DNA from: Thermincola sp.
GTDB lineage: Bacteria > Bacillota > Thermincolia > Thermincolales > UBA2595
Length of the DNA stretch: 5,724 nt
Assembly: GCA_032027005.1 (NCBI GenBank)
Contig: JAVSMW010000006.1
Coordinates: forward strand, 137,544-143,267
Direction of reading: 5' to 3'
Positions 1 to 4,667 of this stretch are shown piece by piece (the stretch's first letter is position 1; every line of letters starts with the position of its first letter). The notes below the pieces were generated by a model, which was given only the letters and a program-made list of their open reading frames with translations, made no database searches and was not told the origin of the DNA. Made by a program: the position numbers and the translations under genes.

Positions 1-13
1 TTTAAGCCAAATA

Positions 14-30
14 CGGAAAGTTACTTTCCG
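14..30. repeat. Small perfect hairpin (7-bp stem, TTA loop)
   Basis: CGGAAAG (14-20) / TTA / CTTTCCG (24-30). Confidence 0.5.
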
Positions 31-40
31 ATTTCAAGTT

Positions 41-73
41 TAAAGGACCTGTCGATTTTTGACAAGTCCTTTA
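41..73. terminator. Candidate intrinsic terminator-like hairpin, downstream of the DUF1015 gene (minus) or of an unseen gene to the left (plus)
   Basis: TAAAGGACCTGTC (41-53), loop GATTTTT, GACAAGTCCTTTA (61-73); 12 of 13 positions pair. There is no long U tract after either side, so terminator function is uncertain. Confidence 0.45.
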
Positions 74-155
74 ATTATCATCTAACCTTCATTATGTTTC
101 TCTGTGCCTCAGTGCACTCTGTGGTTTGTTTATATTTAGCTTTTTCATCTTGAAT

Positions 156-1451
156 TTACTTTTTGTAATTGTTTAGCACCATACCGGTAATCACTTTCGG
201 GTAAAAGAAAGTTGATTTTTGGGGCATTTTTTCGCCACCAGTGGCGATGTCAGTGACTTCTTCCACCCTGGTGGAGTTCATAAAGAAGGCCAACTGAGCA
301 GAGCCATTGTCCACTGCTGCTTTGGTGGCATCGTCATCCCTGAGGTAAACCAGGTTACTTTCGTCAGCCCTTTGCTGGCTGCCGATACCCAGTAATTTTT
401 CTAAAATCAGGGTATGCAGAATTGAAACATCAAGGCGGCGCCAGGCGGCTGAACGGCCTTCCATGGTGACACGATCCAGTCTGTTTTCATCTTTTAGAGT
501 AATCAGATAATATTTGCTATCAGCGTATAGGCCGAAGGCGTGAGCGTTTTCTCCCTGGGCCTCCAATTTAGCAATAAACTCGTTTAAGCCTAATCCCTTA
601 ACTTCTTCCACCGTAAAATCTTCGGTTAATTTTTCAACTAGTGAATTTAAATTAAATTCTGTTAAGTTTTTGACTACCCGGTGAGTAGGGAAGACGACCA
701 AGCCTTCATTATATAGGTTGACCAGACAGATCATCAGATAATCGAAGCCGGACTTACCCTGATCGGCCATTTCCTTACCGAAATTAACCGCTGTCTCATA
801 CCGGTGATGGCCGTCTGCGATAAAAACCTTTTTGGATGCCATCTGGTCGACCACATATTGTACTGCGTTTTCATCAGAGACAACCCAAAGCCTGTTCATA
901 ACCCCTTGCTCGTCAGTAACCTCCGCGTCAGGTTTTTGGTTGCCTTTAGCTTTATTTAAAACGGTTTCAATGGAGTGATCAGGGTCTGCATAGAGCCCGA
1001 AAATTGGGCTGAAGTTGGCCAGCGTGGCTTTCATCAAATTCAAGCGGTCAGCCTTGTGCTTGGGCAAAGTTTCTTCATGGGGCAGGACTTCGCCCTTGCT
1101 GTAATCATTAGCCTGCACTCCGGCGATGAAACCGCTGCGCACTTTTGTTTCACCCCTGGCTTCAAATTCCTGCTCATATAAGTACACAGAAGGTTTTTCT
1201 TCATTGACCAGTACACCGGAAGCAATCCATTCTCCGAGAAAAGCCGCTGCCCTGGTGTAACGGTTCTTTTCTTCATTATCATCAGAAAAAGTCTTACCTA
1301 ATTCAAGACGAATAACATTGTACGGGTTTTTAGTGTAAAAGTCTTCCTGTCCCTTGGCATCTATGACATCATAAGGCGGAGTAACCACCTCATTAATATC
1401 TACCTTGGATGAATTGTACCTTAAGCCCTTCATTGGGACAATTTTTGCCAA
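156..1451 (-). CDS. DUF1015 family protein (conserved hypothetical, 431 aa)
   Basis: Long ORF. The N-terminus MAKIVPMKGLRYNSSKVDINEVVTPPYDVI, the motif VFIADGHHRYETA and the C-terminal ...FFYPKVITGMVLN are typical of DUF1015 proteins. The start codon is TTG (1451-1449), preceded by a strong Shine-Dalgarno AAAGGAGG (plus coordinates 1461-1468) with 9-nt spacing. Confidence 0.93.
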   Translation of the reverse strand: MAKIVPMKGLRYNSSKVDINEVVTPPYDVIDAKGQEDFYTKNPYNVIRLELGKTFSDDNEEKNRYTRAAAFLGEWIASGVLVNEEKPSVYLYEQEFEARGETKVRSGFIAGVQANDYSKGEVLPHEETLPKHKADRLNLMKATLANFSPIFGLYADPDHSIETVLNKAKGNQKPDAEVTDEQGVMNRLWVVSDENAVQYVVDQMASKKVFIADGHHRYETAVNFGKEMADQGKSGFDYLMICLVNLYNEGLVVFPTHRVVKNLTEFNLNSLVEKLTEDFTVEEVKGLGLNEFIAKLEAQGENAHAFGLYADSKYYLITLKDENRLDRVTMEGRSAAWRRLDVSILHTLILEKLLGIGSQQRADESNLVYLRDDDATKAAVDNGSAQLAFFMNSTRVEEVTDIATGGEKMPQKSTFFYPKVITGMVLNNYKK

Positions 1452-1504
1452 AATGTTGAACCTCCTTTAATTTACTGGCTTTTTCGAAAGCAATATTCCC
1501 ATTT

Positions 1505-1533
1505 ATTTTAATACATTCTCTGTGAAAATTCAA
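1505..1533 (-). promoter_or_regulatory. Candidate sigma-A type promoter for the DUF1015 gene
   Basis: On the minus strand: TTGAAT (1533-1528), 17 nt, TAAAAT (1510-1505), located upstream of the SD and TTG start at 1451. Confidence 0.55.
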
Positions 1534-1553
1534 TTTTTTGTTTCGCCATAATT

Positions 1554-1630
1554 GAGTGGAGAGTGATGAGTGGGGAGTGGTGAGTGTTTTTCTGTTTCAC
1601 TCTCCACTCCCCACTCGCCACTCTTCACTT
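1554..1630. repeat. Large imperfect inverted repeat made of GAGTGG-like units (33-nt arms, 11-nt loop)
   Basis: Left arm 1554-1586 GAGTGGAGAGTGATGAGTGGGGAGTGGTGAGTG, loop 1587-1597 TTTTTCTGTTT, right arm 1598-1630 CACTCTCCACTCCCCACTCGCCACTCTTCACTT. 28 of 33 positions are complementary; 3 of the remaining 5 are G:U in plus-strand RNA. Confidence 0.85.
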
Positions 1631-1646
1631 CGATATGACTCCCCGG

Positions 1647-1672
1647 CTTGCTGATCTCCGCTTTACAGCAAG
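1647..1672. repeat. Small hairpin in intergenic region
   Basis: CTTGCTG (1647-1653) / CAGCAAG (1666-1672), perfect 7-bp arms with a 12-nt spacer. Confidence 0.4.
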
Positions 1673-1868
1673 ATTCGTGACGATGCCGCCCAATGGAAAC
1701 TTCCGTAAACGGTCATACCTGCTCTGATTCAATAGCAAACATAAAATTAAATTAGATTAAACAGAGATAGAATAATTTGAGAAAAAACATTTTTATAGAA
1801 GGCTTCAGTCGAAAAATATCGAATTCAGTTGAAAAGATAGTAGGCTCTCGGAAACAGTCTTAAAATAT

Positions 1869-2024
1869 GACGCAGAGATTAAAAGGAGAGAACAGAAGAG
1901 AGACGCAGAGAGTGAGTACTGATACAGGTTAATCCCTTTTACCCCTTAATTAATTATTCTTTATTTGCAGTTGCCAGCTAATATACCTCTGCGACTCTTG
2001 TTTACTCTCTGCTACCTCTGCGTT
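1869..2024. repeat. Diverged inverted copies of a CGCAGAG-containing intergenic repeat
   Basis: Left copy: ACGCAGAGATTAAAAGGAGAGAACAGAAGAGAGACGCAGAG (CGCAGAG at 1871-1877 and 1904-1910). The right copy, reverse-complemented, reads AACGCAGAGGTAGCAGAGAGTAAACAAGAGTCGCAGAGG (CTCTGCG at 1987-1993 and 2016-2022). Confidence 0.65.
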
Positions 2025-2137
2025 TTCTTTTAGACAGGATGGAGTGGAGGAAAAAAGAAAAAGTCCAATGCGCCAAGCCTTGATCATAAAGGGGATTTAA
2101 TTTTCGAGAGACTATAAATAGCATCGGGAGGTAAATT

Positions 2138-3037
2138 TTGAAACTAAAAGTAGTAATTTTTTTTATAATAATATTTCTAATAATAACTGGGATAGGCTGT
2201 TCCGGTACATATGAGGGGACAACTACCGGTATCAGATATGTTTTGGCTCAGGGGAATCCGGCAGAATTACCTGTGGAAAAGCAGGTTGAGCAGGTGAGTC
2301 CTAGCCTGGTTTCGCCGGTGCATAGCCCGAGCCCAGGCGAGCCGGTGCAGGAAGATAAGAAGGCAACAGACATGCCCTCTCCGGTGAAGGAGACTAAGGA
2401 GGCAATAGATCCGGCTATTCCGGTGTCGCTGCCTTCTGAAGAAAATACAGGCCATAAAACAGTATACCTGACGTTTGATGACGGGCCGAATGACACTGAA
2501 ACCCCTAAGATTCTGGATATTCTGGATAGCTATGGGGTTAAAGGGACCTTTTTTGTGATTGGGACCAATATCGAAAAACATCCTGTGGTTTTTAAAGAAG
2601 CTTTACGCCGGGGTCACACTGTGGGGAACCATACATATGATCACAAATATAGCGAGGTTTATGCCAGTCACGATGCATTTCTGGAATCCATCAGGAAAAA
2701 CGAAGAGCTAATCTTCCAAATAGCCGGTATCAGGCCCAAAGTTGTCCGCGATCCTGGCGGCCAAGTGCGAAATGACGAAGTTGTAAAGGGTTTGCTGGCT
2801 CAGAACGGTTATACTCTGGTGGGGTGGAACATCGATTCTTACGACTCCAGAAAACCAAGTCATGACAGTGCCAGGATTGTGGAGAGTGTCCGGAGTCAGG
2901 CCGCCAATGCACGGCTTTGGTCAAATATGATTATCCTGATGCATGACGGCACCGGTCATATGGAAACTGTCAGAGCACTTCCCGCCATTATTGAGCTGCT
3001 GCAGAGCCAGGGGTTTAAATTTTCGGTTCTTAAATGA
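2138..3037 (+). CDS. Polysaccharide deacetylase family protein (NodB homology domain), exported or possible lipoprotein
   Basis: NodB motifs: TVYLTFDDGPNDTETPKILDIL, GTFFVIG, HTVGNHTYDHKY, VVRDPGGQVRND, GYTLVGWNIDSYD, IILMHDG. The N-terminal MKLKVVIFFIIIFLIITGIGC is a hydrophobic signal ending in Cys, followed by a Pro/Glu-rich linker. TTG start at 2138 with SD GGGAGG at 2126-2131 (6-nt spacing). Confidence 0.93.
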   Translation: MKLKVVIFFIIIFLIITGIGCSGTYEGTTTGIRYVLAQGNPAELPVEKQVEQVSPSLVSPVHSPSPGEPVQEDKKATDMPSPVKETKEAIDPAIPVSLPSEENTGHKTVYLTFDDGPNDTETPKILDILDSYGVKGTFFVIGTNIEKHPVVFKEALRRGHTVGNHTYDHKYSEVYASHDAFLESIRKNEELIFQIAGIRPKVVRDPGGQVRNDEVVKGLLAQNGYTLVGWNIDSYDSRKPSHDSARIVESVRSQAANARLWSNMIILMHDGTGHMETVRALPAIIELLQSQGFKFSVLK

Positions 3038-3040
3038 TTT

Positions 3041-3076
3041 TAAAAAAGGTATTAAAAAAGGTATTAAAAAAGGTAT
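3041..3076. repeat. Short tandem repeat, 3 perfect copies of a 12-bp unit TAAAAAAGGTAT
   Basis: Copies at 3041-3052, 3053-3064 and 3065-3076, beginning 3 bp after the deacetylase stop codon. Confidence 0.9.
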
Positions 3077-3094
3077 TTTAATAGTAGTGTGAAC

Positions 3095-3133
3095 GAAACA
3101 GCGCCTTGGGAGTATTCCTACAGGCGCTGTTTC
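3095..3133. terminator. Strong hairpin between convergent genes, candidate bidirectional terminator
   Basis: GAAACAGCGCCT (3095-3106) and AGGCGCTGTTTC (3122-3133) are perfectly complementary 12-bp arms with a 15-nt loop. The hairpin lies between the stop at 3037 (+) and the stop at 3160 (-). U tracts on either side are weak. Confidence 0.65.
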
Positions 3134-3159
3134 ATCAATTTATTAACTTCATGTCCTGA

Positions 3160-3657
3160 TTAGAGCTGCTTCCGTCTTGTTTGCGCTGCCCCATCCAGAA
3201 CTGCCTCAATTACTTTAACATACCCAGTGCACCGGCAAACGTGCCCGGTAAGTCTTTCACGCACATCCTCTGCGCTAGGAGCAGGGTTATTATCTAACAG
3301 ATGCTTAGCTCCAACTAACATTCCCGGAGTACAAAAGCCACACTGAACAGCGTCTTTTTCGATAAAAGATTTCTGTAAAGGATGTAATTCACCTTTTTCA
3401 TTTAGTCCCTCAACATTTAAAACCTCCGAACCGTTACAGTCAACTGCTAAAGTAATGCAGGCCAAAGCAGGACTACCGTTGATTATTACTGTACAGGCTC
3501 CGCAGGAGCTGTCATCACAGCCTTCCTTTGAGCCGGTGAGGTTTAGGTCCTCACGCAGGACCTGGAGCAGGGTAGTGTTATTGGCAACTCTGACCTCCCA
3601 AGCTTCCCCATTTACCGTTAATTTTATATCGTCGTTTTTTACGCATGACCACAACAA
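3160..3657 (-). CDS. [2Fe-2S]-binding subunit of a molybdenum hydroxylase (xanthine dehydrogenase / 4-hydroxybenzoyl-CoA reductase gamma / CO-dehydrogenase small subunit family)
   Basis: Contains both canonical cluster motifs: EGCDDSSCGACTVIINGSPALAC and QCGFCTPGM...GHVCRCTGY. The start is ambiguous: TTG at 3657 or 3654 (see finding). Confidence 0.93.
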   Translation of the reverse strand: MLWSCVKNDDIKLTVNGEAWEVRVANNTTLLQVLREDLNLTGSKEGCDDSSCGACTVIINGSPALACITLAVDCNGSEVLNVEGLNEKGELHPLQKSFIEKDAVQCGFCTPGMLVGAKHLLDNNPAPSAEDVRERLTGHVCRCTGYVKVIEAVLDGAAQTRRKQL

Positions 3658-4667
3658 CCTCCCTTAATTCCCAGAGCTTTTTCCCAAGCCACTGCAAGCG
3701 CAGCGGGCACCATTTTTTTAATCATCGCTCTCCGGTATCCTGCAGTAAAGGTTTTGTTCTTCACTATAACTGCCAGTTTGTTAGCTTCATCGACAATGGG
3801 CTCAAGCAAGGCATCACTTAATTGTTCTGCTCCTGCCAGGTTCTCGGCCCCCTTGACCAAGAAGGGCGAGGAACCGGCAGCGGTGAGGGCTAGGCTCGCC
3901 TTTTGACAAACTTTATTCTCAGATAAAGTTATACTCGCAGCTACACCCAGACTGGGAAAGTCAGTTGATATGCGCTCAGCAAGTTTAATATAGGCTCCAC
4001 TGGAGTTGGCGGCTTCTTTGCTAATAGAAATTCCTGTTAAAACTTCCCCCTCTTTGAGAGCAATGGGGGCCAGCCCATCGCCGCTGTAGAGACTGGCAAG
4101 TTCCTCCCAGCGCTCTCCGGCGGCAGAGCCGATCCGGACCCGTGCTCCCAAGGCCAATAGGGCCGGGGCCGTATCGCCGGAATAAACTGCATAACATTTC
4201 TGACCAGGCACCGCATGGCAGGTTTTACCTCCCGCCTTTAAACAAGGGGATAATGATTCCCTTAAAAATTCAGACTGATTAAAATACATGCAGCGTGTTT
4301 CCAGGCAAAGGTTGCCACCAATGGTTCCCATCGCCCGGTGTCGATATGCACCTACCTTTGCAGCTGCTTCAACTAGTAGCGGATAGTTCTCGCCAACTTC
4401 AGGCAAAGAAATCAGTTCACTTAATTTAACAGCAGAACCAATATAGATGCCATCATCTGTAGATGAGATGGTGTTCAATTCCTTAACTTTTTTAAGATTT
4501 ATCAAAGCTTTAGGTTCACAGGTGCGTTGTTTTAATCTGACCAACAGGTCTGTGCCTCCTGCTATAATCCTGGCCCGGCTGCCCAATTTAGCCGTCACGG
4601 AGTACAATTCAGTTAGGTCTTGCGGTTCTAAATATTGATTAAAATTGTAAACGTTCACGACTACCAT
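3639..4667 (-). CDS. FAD-binding subunit of a molybdenum hydroxylase, with a 4-hydroxybenzoyl-CoA reductase beta-like Cys-rich insertion
   Basis: FAD-binding signatures IIAGGTDLLVRLK and RAMGTIGGNL; Cys-rich segment CLETRCMYFNQSEFLRESLSPCLKAGGKTCHAVPGQKC followed by YAVYSGDTAPALLALGARVRI. Overlaps both flanking genes. The true start may be GTG at 4658 rather than ATG at 4667. Confidence 0.93.
   Translation of the reverse strand: MVVVNVYNFNQYLEPQDLTELYSVTAKLGSRARIIAGGTDLLVRLKQRTCEPKALINLKKVKELNTISSTDDGIYIGSAVKLSELISLPEVGENYPLLVEAAAKVGAYRHRAMGTIGGNLCLETRCMYFNQSEFLRESLSPCLKAGGKTCHAVPGQKCYAVYSGDTAPALLALGARVRIGSAAGERWEELASLYSGDGLAPIALKEGEVLTGISISKEAANSSGAYIKLAERISTDFPSLGVAASITLSENKVCQKASLALTAAGSSPFLVKGAENLAGAEQLSDALLEPIVDEANKLAVIVKNKTFTAGYRRAMIKKMVPAALAVAWEKALGIKGGCCGHA

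Noticed and set aside
975-1282. ORFs 975..1181 (+) and 1040..1282 (-) inside the DUF1015 gene
   Set aside because: Both are short, overlap a strongly supported longer CDS in other frames, and have no recognisable domain.
1554-1630. Intrinsic terminator interpretation of the GAGTGG hairpin
   Set aside because: It has a long stem but no T tract directly after either arm, and no adjacent gene ends here because both flanking genes start in this intergenic region.
1554-2024. CRISPR array interpretation of the intergenic repeats
   Set aside because: The repeats are inverted and imperfect with no regular direct repeat-spacer periodicity, and there are no cas genes in the window.
1468-2137. Riboswitch or T-box leader upstream of either gene
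   Set aside because: I could not identify any conserved T-box, SAM, cobalamin, glycine or c-di-GMP core motif. The present structures look like repeats. An Infernal/Rfam scan would be decisive.
2248-2924. Minus-strand ORFs 2248..2496, 2267..2581 and 2730..2924 opposite the deacetylase gene
   Set aside because: They are antisense shadow ORFs of a well-supported NodB-domain CDS, with low-complexity or non-protein-like content.
3455-3667. Plus-strand ORF 3455..3667 opposite the [2Fe-2S] subunit
   Set aside because: Antisense to conserved cluster-binding motifs; its sequence has no features of its own.
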